From assembly GCF_964355755.1 (NCBI RefSeq), contig NC_092676.1, positions 10,951,888 to 11,015,887 of the forward strand: a stretch of 64,000 nt of DNA, written 5' to 3'. Every line of letters begins with the position of its first letter. The stretch's first letter is position 1. This DNA comes from Antedon mediterranea. Its lineage: Eukaryota > Animalia > Echinodermata. The translations under genes were made by a program, and so were the position numbers. A model generated the notes under the pieces. That model was not told where the DNA came from, did not search any database, and saw nothing but the letters and a program-made list of their open reading frames with translations. Shown one piece after another: positions 23,490 to 36,372 of the stretch.

Positions 23490-23860
23490 AACATGAGTTT
23501 AGACACCAAGATCATTCAATCTAGCCTAATTAGTTCCGCTTTAAGCAATTTTAAATTGAATGGTCGCCATTTTGACAAATGGCCGGCATTTCAATATAAA
23601 GCAAAAAATTGTGCCTAATGGATTCCTTGTATGAAGTGCATGTGTTTAAACACCAAGATCGTGAATCTACCATATTTAGATCAGATTTTAAGCACATTTT
23701 ATATGAAATTGGTTGCCATTTTAAAAAATGGCCGCCATTTCAATATAAAGCAAACAATGAAGTGTCAACAGGGCCTAATGGATTTTGTGTCTGAAGTACA
23801 TGTGTTTAGACACCAAGATCGCGAATCTACCATTATTATTTAGATCAGATTTTAAGCATC
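23490..23860. repeat. Degenerate tandem repeat of ~155-175 bp (TE-derived)
   Basis: Three ACACCAAGATC motifs and two ATGGCCG.CATTTCAATATAAAGCAAA copies. Confidence 0.65.
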
Positions 23861-24232
23861 CACTTTCTGTTACAAAAATATTTCATAATATTGCAAAATA
23901 TATTATCATAATTCTATTTAATGTGACATGTATATTATAGCTATTACATAAAGTCTTCTTGGTCTGTATACATCCGCCCTTACGAGGGCGGGCATCCACT
24001 CTCTGTTACAAATTTCTAATGCAAAAATCGCGTTTTACTCATTCTTGTGATATATATTCTTTGGCTGGGTCGTTAAGTTCGCAAGCTATAACTGATGTTG
24101 TGATAATAAGAAAAGGCGATGACAGTCAGATGAATTTAATCAATTTGTTGTTTCTTAATTCCTACGGATTATTTTTCGAAGATGGGATGATGTTTGATTC
24201 TGTCAAAATATAGTTATTTTACGATAAAAACC

Positions 24233-24503
24233 ATGCCTTTTATAAAACGAACGGTTGAGCCCGTGAACGTTAGCGATAAGCCGGTGCCTAAATGCTGCCG
24301 AAATGAGTTGGAGACAGTATCTAATTTTACGTTGTGTGGCTTGATAAGGCAGCTGGCCTGCCTAGCAGACCAGGCCAACAGTGTTTTTGATGAGATTGGA
24401 ATTGAAACAAAACTAGTGTTTGAAAGGACCAATTCGTTGATTCTATGTGTTGAAAAATTAAAAGCAAAGGTACATAATTTGGATGCAAGAGCAGTTAAAG
24501 TTC
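24233..24503 (+). CDS. NHS: NHS/NHS-like (GUK-holder) actin regulator, coding exon 1 (WAVE homology domain N-part)
   Basis: AAAACC-ATG; MPFIKRTVEPVNVS..ELETVSNFTLCGLIRQLACLADQANSVFDEI..KVHNLDARAVKV is a WHD signature; phase-1 donor C|GTAAGT at 24504. Confidence 0.9.
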
Positions 24504-25735
24504 GTAAGTATTTTATAACTATCGGCTATTTTTGATACAATACAATATCAATTATTCATCTTTTCCATTGATTGTAGAACTCTAATGAAACATTGTATTT
24601 ATTCAGTATTTTATTATTCAACTTCTGTATTTTTTTTCAATAATAGTCAATATAATTCAATTAATAGTCAGTATTTTTTTTATTATCATTACTGTAAAAT
24701 AATCACTGTGTATATATTTTATAATTATATTTTTTTGTAAAAATCACTGCACATAGGCCTACACATTATTATGGTTATTAATTATGAATTTCTGATTGAC
24801 TGAATAAAGTTCACAAGAAACAAGGCCTCTCTTTATTCTCAAACATATATTTTTTTTGTTTAAAAATGCCAGAATTTCAATAAATTTCCAATAATGTTCG
24901 CATTTGAAATCAAATTTTTAAATGTTTGACTGCATGTAGCCATGGTTTTAGGGTGCTACTGTACTGCAGTTTTGTACCTAAAACTGGACATAAGACTTCA
25001 CAGTCACTTACCATCAAAACCATGCATCGAGTGAATGTTTTTAAATTGGGTAAGCTTGAGTGTTTGTGGTGTGAAATTTTAGTAGGGAGACGAATAATCA
25101 ATCTGTCACCTTTCAAAGTCCTGTATGTTTCAGAAATGCCTGGGACAATTCAGTCCAAAACATTCCACTTGGTTGTCCGAAATATCCCAGTTTAGACCAC
25201 TGATTGTTATATTTTTGGTATTTATCGAGTTTTTAAAAGACTAAAGAACTAATGTCGGTAGAATATATCAAATAAATTACTAGAAAATATAATTGTATGT
25301 AATTAATACTATCTTAATGTATAGTTTTTGCAGAGAAGAATTTGTTGAATCGTTGGTGTGGGAAAATATGAAAATGTTTACAATTTTTCGGCCTTATTAA
25401 AAAAAATAAGTTAGATTTTATAGTTTTTGCTTTTTTGCATCGTTACCTCTAGTACCACAGTCTCTTTTGAAAATGAAACAAACTAAACATTAGAGTATTT
25501 GAGCCACATGGTGGGGGCTGTGGTGAAGCAAATTTTGTTAAAGGACACCCCTAGATGGCCGGAAATGGTACTTGCACATAAAATTTATGTAAGTGGCACA
25601 TCTACTGTAGTTAGCCGGAAATGACACTCCATTGAGCAGGCTAGCAAACAGCAAAATAATCGTATCCTATTTTCTTCAGGACCCTAGCTAAGGGCTGCAT
25701 TACGCCAGTGTCTAGGACTAATCAATAGCCATATT

Positions 25736-25970
25736 CAGGGCTGAAAATTAACCTTTAAACCATAGTGGCCAACTTGTTTATTCGAGCATAGTGTGTGCAG
25801 CGATCTTCACCCGCGATGGAGTGTAAAGAAAACATGACTGCTAGGCCTGATATGGCCTAGCTTATATTAGCCTAGGCTGTTTATAATAAAAGGTAGGTGG
25901 ATGCGGTTTATGGAAGTCACCAAATAAAGGTCGCCATTGGTGACCGGGCGACGGTTAATTTTCAGCCCTG
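25736..25970. mobile_element. 235-bp hAT-like MITE with 6-bp TSD
   Basis: TIR CAGGGCTGAAAATTAACC; CATATT on both sides. Confidence 0.85.
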
Positions 25971-26149
25971 CATATTGCACTTTGCTCTCAATGCAGAAAC
26001 TGCTTAACACTATAGATCTTGTGATTTTATTTACAAGTTCAGATACAGTAGGCCTGCACAAGAAGGCCCACATAATTGTATCCTCCATTTTTACCTATTC
26101 ATAGTGGCTGTCTCTTTTTAGCAGACCCTCAACTCATGTTGTGGGCACG

Positions 26150-27470
26150 ATACACCACGATATTGAATCTACGCCCGCAGGCGTGATAATTATGATGACA
26201 AGGCATGACAAGATGCAGAGAGAGCAATCAGAGTCATTTAGGACCATGCTGATACACTTCAACATTTCTATCGTAAATCTCGGTCTAGGTCTAGATCAAA
26301 AGATCACAAAAGAGAAGGAGATCCTGTACAGTAGTGTCACGTTCATGAACCTCCTCAGATAAGGAGTACATTTCCAGGCATAGGCCTAGACTATCGCCGA
26401 AAAGAGGAATAACTGATGATATGATCTCAATTGTGGCAGAGGAAGAGTTGGTCCAGCTACCAACCAGCCCAACTGAAAATGTGAAGCTAACAAACCTGCA
26501 CAAAGTGTCGAAGGGCACTGCATATTCCCATAAGGTACTAGAATGGTGGGAAGTCCAAGTCATACGTTGGAACAACCAAAGAAAGACGATTTGATCTAAA
26601 GCCAGATTCCTCGGTGGCACGATAGTTCAAATCTCCTGACATGCCCAAACCAATGAGGGACTTAATGAAACGAGCGAACACCAATGCATGGAAAACATGT
26701 GGTCAATACAGGAGGACCTCCTTCGAGCATCAATGCCTTTTCTAAAGGCCATGGAAATTAATAACCCAATGGGTAAAAACGAACTAAAACCACTGTTAGA
26801 GTCAACTGAAAGCTTGCTAGGCTCGGCAATTCAGAGTATCTCTCTGTTGCGAAAGAGACATTTTGAACCCTTCAGGGTTACAGTATCTCCGAAATGTCAC
26901 CCTTTCAATAGAGTGGGTCTTTGGCGAAAAGTGGTCTGCGAAAAAGGAATTAGTGGGTATAGACACAAAGGCTGGCCAGAATTTTTTATATAAAAAAAGA
27001 CCAAGTCATAGACGTATAACGTATAACGTATAAATCTGAACACAGTGCATCTACAGTACTTCAACAGATTTCTTTTGCCAAATCAAAAAGACCAATATAC
27101 AACCATTAAAAAAAAAACTAGACAACATGAAGCAGTTTGGTTCGGTACCCCATTGCTTCCGCCTTATGAAGCTGGTGGGATACAATTCCACATAAACAAT
27201 TGGGAAAATTATGACAGATCCATGGATACGACAAACAGTAATGAGTTACAGAATCAAATTTTATCAAAAACCTGTTCAAACAAAAATACCCTTGAATCGA
27301 ATAAAAATGAATCGGCAACAGCAAACCTATGCGATCTAGAAATAAAAAAAAATGTCAAGTCAAACCCGTTCAGGGTCAGTTCATTTCAAACATTTTTGTG
27401 GTACCGAAGTGCGGAGGGATTCAGGCCGGTCTTCAACCTAAAACATCTCAATCGTTACATAACGATGGTA
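26150..27470 (+). mobile_element. DIRS-like retrotransposon remnant (gag and start of RT)
   Basis: gag-like LLESTESLLGSAIQSISLLRKRHF; RT start AGGIQFHINNWE and GFRPVFNLKHLNRYI; many stops and frameshifts. Confidence 0.7.
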
Positions 27471-27612
27471 TAATGGGGGGCGTTGATTAAGTGAAATTCT
27501 GCATTGGGTCCTCAACACCCCTGAAAAATTGCATTATTTAGACTCATTTTAATGAGGTACACTTTTGTCTAAAAATGTGATTAAACCCTACTAGTACTAG
27601 TAGTACTACTTG

Positions 27613-27790
27613 AGCTTGGTTCCCACTAGAACGTAACGCAAGGACGTAAACGCAACGCAAACGTTTTAACCAATGACAAGCGAAGTTATAGAAGTTAGCA
27701 ATCACAAGCGAATAAGCCATCGCTTGTGATTGGTCAATTCACTTGCGTTGTGTTACGTCCTTGTGTTGCGTCGCTAGTGGGAACCACGCT
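27613..27790. mobile_element. PIF/Harbinger-like MITE
   Basis: TIR AGC(T/G)TGGTTCCCACTAG, largely palindromic body, flanks TTG/TTA. Confidence 0.8.
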
Positions 27791-28797
27791 TTACTAATGA
27801 CCATAGCCATGTGTGTTTAGATTTAAAGTTTTATGTTGATTGACAACCGCTAAAAGTAACAGTAAGGCTAGCGAAAGATAGATCAGTATTAAAGGCCTAC
27901 AAATTGTGAAATTTACAATTCAAAAGATTGGACATTTCAAGAGGGATTTGTGTTCAGGTTCATCAGGTGATTTTGGCCGATTTAACTATTTTTCCACGGA
28001 AGAAAAACACAACCAAGTGCGATAAAAATCAAAGTCCGATGGAAGTGCTATGATTACAATTATAAAATTATAATTTCTGTAAAGATGATTAAATTTCGAT
28101 CAGTTTAATTTTTTTCCTCAAAAGAATTTATTATTTGCAAAGTTATTATAAAAAGAAGTTGAAAATTTGCCATATTTAGTGGATTTTGATGACCTTCACT
28201 GACGTTTTAATTAAATTTTGCTACAAAATATTGTTGTAATGTAGTTTTTTAAATACTGTAATATGTCTAGTAACTATCTGTCATTTAATTTTTTTTAGCT
28301 TTTTTCTTATACTGAAAGTGATAGATAATAATATGTTATAGTTCATATGAGATTGCATAATGTAAAGGATCATTAAAATAACTATATTGCTATTAGATAC
28401 TCCAGTGTATAGGAATATAGATTGATTTGCTGCAATTTCCTTTGTCCCTCTATTGCGCATCATTCTATTATTAGCATAATATAAACATATCATTATCATC
28501 ACTGTATATGGTTGTCACTGAGTAGAATATTTTATCATGCCAAGCATCTGTCAAAAATCCTATTTCAACTTGCAATACACAAAGTTACATTATATAATAT
28601 AGCTGTATACCACACACATTTTAATTCCCAATGGGTACAATATTTATCTCCTCTGTGAATGCAGTTTAAATGTTGGTCTTTAGCTATGCACACAGCCTGT
28701 CTCCTTGGATGTACATTATTTATGTTAGCTTTTTATCCATTGCATACAGCAATGAAATGTTGCTGTGTGTAGATTAAAGCTGTGTCACTATTACGTA

Positions 28798-29285
28798 TGT
28801 CAGGAACTCCTATTACATATGTTTCTGAGTGGTTGAAAATACTTTAGGAACTCCCTTGTGACATAAAAGTATACACACAAAATTCTCAAAGTTGTAAAAT
28901 AACTCAAAACAAAGCTTTAATTTCAATCAACTTCAACTTTCAACAATCCAGTACACTTTAAACAACAGCTTCACAATAACCTTTACAATCCAAAATCAAA
29001 CCTTCTTCAAAATATATGCTTCAATCAAAATCCTTCTCCCTATTTACAATTGTCCTACTTCACATTATACAATATGTTCATAACCTTTTAGATCATTTGT
29101 TATACTTTATTCTATTGGATTACAACTTCTATTAATAGTATACTTCTGGAATGTTCCTGATTGTTCTTCTATTAATTATAAAATTGTTTCTTAATTCTAG
29201 ACATACCCTTATATAATTATTATTCTAGAATGTTCCTATACTATGTTACTGTACTGTATATATTAAGGAATGATAAATTATTACA
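28798..29285 (-). mobile_element. Solo LTR, same family as 17600-18058
   Basis: TGT..ACA ends and end-to-end homology with 17600-18058; no PBS; no clean TSD. Confidence 0.75.
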
Positions 29286-30452
29286 GTCTAGTTCCATAGA
29301 CATGCCTAAAGTTAATTGTGTTTAATTAAGTGTCTTAGTGCACTCTGCTCCCAAGGGATGTTTACTCTTGTCTTTGTTGTGAATGTTTTTCGACAAACAT
29401 ATAAATCTCATTTCCGTTTATTGTCACATGACTTAAATTTCTGTATGCAGCATAAATGACTGACTGTTTATGATAATATACTACCATATAAATATTAGTT
29501 CCATTTAGAATATTATAACACAACTAAAATGTATACAAAATTGAATTTGGAAAATATTTTATTAGTTGAAAGATTGAACACACATACAGTATTATTAAAA
29601 CGTTTACATGGTGAATAAAAGTAGTATAGTAAGGTTTGTGGTACACATGTGTAAAAAGTATTTTGTCATGAGAATTTCTTTTCTTTACTAAGTGTAACTC
29701 TACTAGAGTGGATTTGAATGATTTTGACCCGTTATCCGCAGAACCCCCTTTAAGCGATCACCTCCCGAGGTTGGCCGCTTATGGGAGGTTCAACTAGGTA
29801 ATAAATTACTTTTGGCCTTTTTAGTTTATATTTTTCCCAATAAAATTGATACTTTTATCATCACAAATCCGAGAAACATATTTTCTATGATTCCACATGT
29901 TTTAGGGTGATAATTTTAAATCTTTTTAAATTTTAATCTCCATATTTTAAGTGATAACCGAATAACTGAATCAAGGCACATACATACATACATCTGTATA
30001 CCACAATAGTCGAGTGATGTAGTGAAGTGTCTGAGTTGTGACAGTACACCATCAAGCCATAGCCATAAACTCGGCATAGGCTCAAGGCTCTCTACGACCA
30101 TTTTTCAGCTGGTAAAAGTTAAGTCTTCCAGAAACTGGTTGTCCGGTGTGCAGATCTGCTTGTACAACATAGTGAATTTTTAGAAGCGTAGGGATTACAG
30201 TACCACAGTGTACTAGTCCATCTCAATTCCTGTCGTTTATGTAGGTGACAGCACTTTGGCTACTACGTGTCTGTAGAGGGCCTAATCCGAATTTCTTTAA
30301 TTGAGGATAAATGATACAAACAGACCTTCTGTAAAGAGTACGCTTGATTCCAGTTAAATAACAAATAAATATTAATATATTTATTATTAAAGTACATTCC
30401 CTACAATTGTTGACGTTTTGTAAAAATAATGCATATATATACTTTAAAAACA

Positions 30453-32414
30453 TTAAGAGCGGTTGACTACTATTTCATTAAAAAGTGGCCAAATGCCAAA
30501 AAATGAATTTTCTTCATACTTTGGTAATTAATCACAGTTTAGGTATATATAACAAAACTGAAATATAAAAAAAAAAATGGTTGCCATGGTAACAGGTGTG
30601 TGATTTTTGCCCTTATTTAGATAGGGCACCTATAAAAAACAAAAAAGAATTTCTGAATTTGTTTTTGTGAAATCTTTTTTACCAATCTTGCTCTAATGTA
30701 AAACAAAACATTTACGTAAATCAATTATTGAATTTAGGAGATACCATTATTTATTTTAGGGGTGTTTTCAAAAATTTTATACATGGGAATTTTTGTATGT
30801 TTTTCTAAGAGCTATACATACGATGGTAACGCTTCAAAAGCAACCATGGTGCAGGCATGGTTGGCTGAGAGCTTGCTCTTGCTGTTTCCATTAAAATCAT
30901 CGTGGGGGAATCATGTAATTCCTGTGTAGTGTTTCTAGATAAATGGTTGAAATTTACATTTTCTCATGTAATGAGAAATAGGTGGTATAGATTTTCCATC
31001 CAAAATGTTTTTTTGTTGTTGCTAAAACATACTAAAATATAGGCCTATAGATATTTGTATCTAAAACCTAGTAAGTAGTAATTACTTATTTTCCATAAAT
31101 TCAAAATGGCTGCCATTTGAAAACTTTTTCCTTAATTTTCTCTTTAACCACTAAGTTTGTTGTAAAGAATGTTTTAAACACATACAAACATTATCCTTAC
31201 AATTCAAATTAACTATTTTAATTTAATTTTGCCCTTGGAGTCTAGGACAAAGGCCAATTTATTACACTATATACTAATTATTTTATATCTTAAACTTGAG
31301 TATTTTGAATAAGAATGTATTAGGTACAAATATAAATGTGGTCTTACAGTCTGTGCTTTTTTCTGGAGATACAATGTTAAAGGTCAAAGGCTTAAATGAC
31401 CCCCACACTTTTTTTTTATTATTGAATAAGCCATTTTAATGTTACAATGGTTATTCACTTTGACAAAAAAATTGATGGTCTATATACTACGTACATTTTT
31501 TGGTATCTTTATGTATGCCTACCTATATCCAGTTAACACACAAATTGATGTTAACATTAAATATTCTCATCCCTAAGGTGGGATTTTAACGCATTTCTAA
31601 TTATACAATTTTGGGGTAGGGAACACAAATATCTGTAGGCCTAAGTGCAGTTTTCCTTGCTCATATATTTTGGTATCAATGTATAAAGCAATGTCTCTTT
31701 ATTTTGATGTAAGTTTATTGTAATTAGATAATTAATGACGTCACATAAGGACATAAGGTTATGTTTTAAAAAAAATGTATTTTCCTCCAAAAACATGAAA
31801 AATAAAGATAAATTACATCAGACTTTGATAGGTTATTTGTAGTTTTAATCAAGTAAATTAATTGCGTAAAAAAAAATGAAGAAAAAATCATGTTTTCAAT
31901 AAAATTACACCAAACCAAAAAATCCATTGGCTGGCAGCCAATTTGACTTGTTTGCTTTAAATTACAGTTTTTTCAGGTAAATAATAGCTAGCCTTAGTTT
32001 TGTAAGCCTAGCTGGTAAACAGCAATAACATACGAACATTGTACACTAGCTAAATAGGCCTAGCCTGACGTTGTCTAGTTTCTGCATTAATTCTCTTTCT
32101 ATTTTTGCCAGAATCCAAATTGGGGAAAACCCGGTATTTTCACTGAAAAGTTATGAATCTTCCATTTGTTTTGGCCTAATGATTGATTGAAAAGTGGGTG
32201 AATTACAGAAGAAAAACCAAAATATCAATCCGTGCGCAGTGCATGTTGGGATATATAGCGGGCTGCTTATATTATTAAAATCAACTTATTTTTAACCGTT
32301 TAAAGACCAAAAATTATTGCAATAGGACCATAATATTGATTTTTACATTAAATGTAGTTTGTGACATTAAATTAGATCTAAAAAATGTAGGCAATGGGAA
32401 CCGCCTGTTATTAA
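30453..32414. mobile_element. Old non-autonomous DNA transposon (TTAA-flanked, Kolobok-like; tentative)
   Basis: TTAA-GAGCGGTTGACTAC at left and GTAGGCAATGGGAACCGCC..TTAA at right; 31990-32360 has inverted homology to 58420-59030. Confidence 0.4.
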
Positions 32415-35400
32415 AACAAAAATACAGCAGCCATGTCTATAAAGTAAATCAGTATGTTTTCGAGAGCAAATCTGTAGGCTTTTCAGGTTTCATGCATAGC
32501 TGAGGTTGTTTGTGCACTATTAGTTTTTCAGTAGAAGAATATTGAACCAGAATAAACTAATGAAAGGTTTTTGATTAGCCATGTGAAGTAGGTTAGAACA
32601 CATGAACAATGGTTGTTTTGGACAGTTAGTTACAGTACAGTATGGTTGCAAAATCAATACATAATTAATATCTTAAGACTCAAGCCATTCACCAAGTTGC
32701 CAAAAATGGGCTGAATCGTCTTGGCACCAAAAAAGTGGGCCGAATCATCATTCAAAAAATTAAATGCTAACTCTATAAATGTGGAATGTACCAGTCATTC
32801 TCAATTTTATTAAGTCATATTATAATATAACACACTATTATTATTATAATGCACATGTGTGTATTCTTGCCATTTTATTAGTTATTTTATGCAATGTCCT
32901 GTTTGTTATTAGTATATACTGAACACAAGATAGAATTATGTTTTTTTATAAATATTGTTTTATATTTTCATTTACAAATGTAATTTGTATATCTTAAAAT
33001 AATGTATCACCAAATAAAATTCTGCAAAAGACAAAAAAAACCCCATTATCATGATTATCATTATCATGACCCTTGTCACAATGATTTGAGTTGATAACTG
33101 GCTATGTTGAAACATAGTGCTATTTACCATTGATGATGTTGAATCAACGTTTTTGCTTCATTGTACTTTTGAGCAGATGCTAATAAGGCTTGCATAAACA
33201 CTGCATCTCATATTAGGCTGTGTGAACCCTGCTTCGGATAATCGCCTTTTCATTTTGTTTCTCCAATCATGCCACATGAGACTAAACACTCAAAATTCAC
33301 ACATCCACAACAAATAATTGTTCAATACTCCTTTTCAATTATAACAATGCGTCAGAGTAGATCACAATGGTTTTTGTGTGAATAGACTCAATATGCATGC
33401 TGTATCACAGCTATCGCCGACAATTACTGCAATTGAATTTAACTTTCCGTGCCCCCTAATATTTACCTTATGTTAATGTGTGTATACTAGCATATTATGA
33501 TATTTATTATTATTAGAAGGTACTGAGTGTATATTTGTTTCATAGTCTACATGACCAGATTTAAGCATGCATTTTTCACTTTCATGCTTTTGGATTTTAA
33601 TGCAAAATATCAATTGATTTTATTTTTTATTGACTAGAATACTTTAACCTCAAATTGTGTACTGAATGATTTAAGATATGTTCACTACTGATTTAAATTT
33701 TGCAGCTAATCTCAAACATAACTTAACTTTCTAATATGTATAGGGCCATTACCAAGTAATCCTCTTTTTAATTTAATAATAAATTCACTCTGCTATTTTT
33801 GGTAATCATTCACTCAGCTACTTTATAATAGAATGTTCAGTTGTTGAAATGTACCAAATAATATTCTGATTGTTGTTCCTAAAATTATAATCCTAATTAA
33901 TAATTTTTTGTTCCATTTCAGACTCTAGTTCTTTATTAATAATTTATTGTATAACCACATTTTTGTTAATTTCAAGTTCATTTATGATTAAACTGAAAAT
34001 TAAAATTAAAAAACAACTTTTCTGCACTTAGTGTTATAAATATATTTACGTATGTATTTCATCATGATGTTATAATGTGTGTTCGTAAAATTGAGAATTC
34101 GTTAAATTGGGGTTCGTAACTGAGGGTTTTTACTGTGCTGTAGAGTGTTCCTTTGTGATCCAGAAACGAGTACCATTTAAATAGAGTATTTTTGCATATT
34201 TGTTTTGTTTTACATTTAATCAAATTTGCCCACTTTTTAAAAAATGATGAATGAGTACAGTAATTACTTTTAATTCATCATTGACAAGTTCTTACAGCAT
34301 ACAAATTAAATTGATATGGTAATGAGGAAATGATCATTATACAGTTTACTAAATCTCACAGATCCGTAATTCATTACTGTACATTTTTTGCTCCTAAAAA
34401 TTTCCTTTGGAAAAACTGTATAGATAATTGATTGTGTTTTCAATTTTGCTAATGGTTGTTTATTGTTAAGAACACATTATGGAGGAGTAGGCAGAAGGCT
34501 CTGGGCTACTACAGTATTCTAGTATACTCACAAGACAATTTATATTGTGCTTCTTCTTGTGTTAATTATGTTAATTCTATATTCAAGTGCACTGATTGCC
34601 AATTGTTTTTTTTCCCCTCTAAAGCAGCACATTTTAGGTAGTGAACTGTGAAATACAGACATCATACAGAACAAAGAAATTGCTAAGGGTTATTTACTCT
34701 AATTCTTAATATGCTGCTAATCCTAATTGGATTTGTTTTTTTATTAATTGTATTGGAGTTATATTGAATTAGGTATTTAAAAAAAAAAGTTGTTTACAAA
34801 CCTATAGAATTCTTGTGGAATTCATATTTAATGTATTTCATAGAAAAAATTGTTTAGTTAAATAAATACAATCATTTTGTTGAATGCTTTGTTTTCATAA
34901 ATCCACAAATGTGTAATTGTTCTTTTTACATCTAGCTTATTTTGTAGTTCAAGGTACTGTATATATTATAAGGCTTAATAAGACATTTTGGTATTGACAT
35001 ACAGTATTACAACCCTAGAATAATCGTACTATATATTGTTTTCTTTCTAAAGACCTCTCTCTGCAGAATGCCTCTCAAGTCCTGTGTAAATTTTCTGTAC
35101 AATGCCTTTATGTATGAAATAAAGGGCAAAATATGTTTTCAACTTTGTTTCTAATGCTCCGTCACATTACCTAATGGTAAGAGCTGTCCAGTTTCATACA
35201 GCAGCCTTACGACATCGACAGTATTAATTACCACAATTTGTATAGATTTATATACTGTGGGATGGACCCCTTCATTAATTCACTAATTGTCAGTATTATG
35301 TTTGAATGGCTCTTCTGAACAATTTCTATCCATTAAAGTTCCAACCACAAATTAAAAAACACAGTCATTGTGTCCTAATATTAATTATTTATAAATTATA

Positions 35401-36372
35401 TATTATTGTTATACTGTATATCATGTGAGTGGTTGTTCATCATAGTTATTATTCATCAGATCTGATAATGAGTTTAGCTAATCAAATGTTTTGAATCAAA
35501 TACACATATCCTCCTATAGTACGATATTTACATTAGGTACACACAATGACTTCATAAAATTGTGCTGTTTAAAGTCCATTTTGTACTATTTATTTGGTAT
35601 AGCATTATGCTTTTGTAGGTTGTGGAAACATTATGAACTGTACATGCTATACATACAATTGATTCTATAAAAAAAAAATGATCATAAAAACATGATTTTG
35701 TGTATGTTTAAAGTTTAATTGATGTGTATCTAAACAAGACATAGCTTTGACTCTAAAATTAGGGAGGTCAAACTATGCTCCAGACAACGTACGCCTGCTG
35801 AATCTGAAGTCAATAAAGTACCGGTAGTCTTTTTGAAATTGCTATTAATATAATATAATATAAAATCCATTCAGAGAGCTGTAATTTTTCAGAGGTGCTA
35901 TAACCGATCTACTAACCTCAACTTTATTTGTACATAGCAAGGATTAATATAAATGTATTTTTAAAGAAGTATTTATATACTTATTATTCTAATAGAGTAC
36001 GAATATTCCGAAAAATTCCAAGCAGTGTGCACACACTGCACCGATGCATGCATAAACATAGGACGCTCATTCCTCTGGTGCCTGCGTCTGGAAGGAAATG
36101 CTTTCGTTTTATATGTTGCAGTTATTTCGTTTTCCGAGTGTGCGCAGAAAACAGATTTTCATTTGTCTAACGTTATTCAAATAAAGTACAATCAGGACTT
36201 TCAGCACATGTTACAGTTTGCATGTCGGAGTGGATCAGCTGTTTATATTATGCGGTGCTGAACTGTCTGTATCCAGTCTATTGTAGTCAGTCTTTGGATT
36301 TTTCTGCCGTCTTTTTCCGTTGATTGATTTATTTGTGGTACGGAAGTTTGAGTCGACATAGCGTTTATCAAC

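Noticed and set aside
24233-24503. WASF/SCAR (WAVE) gene call
   Set aside because: The exon 2 motif ESNLD..F.SATRP.CV..L fits the NHS family better than WAVE.
17600-29285. The two LTR copies as ends of one full-length retrotransposon
   Set aside because: The PBS lies outside the pair (left of 17600), the copies are diverged, and the interval contains a host exon.
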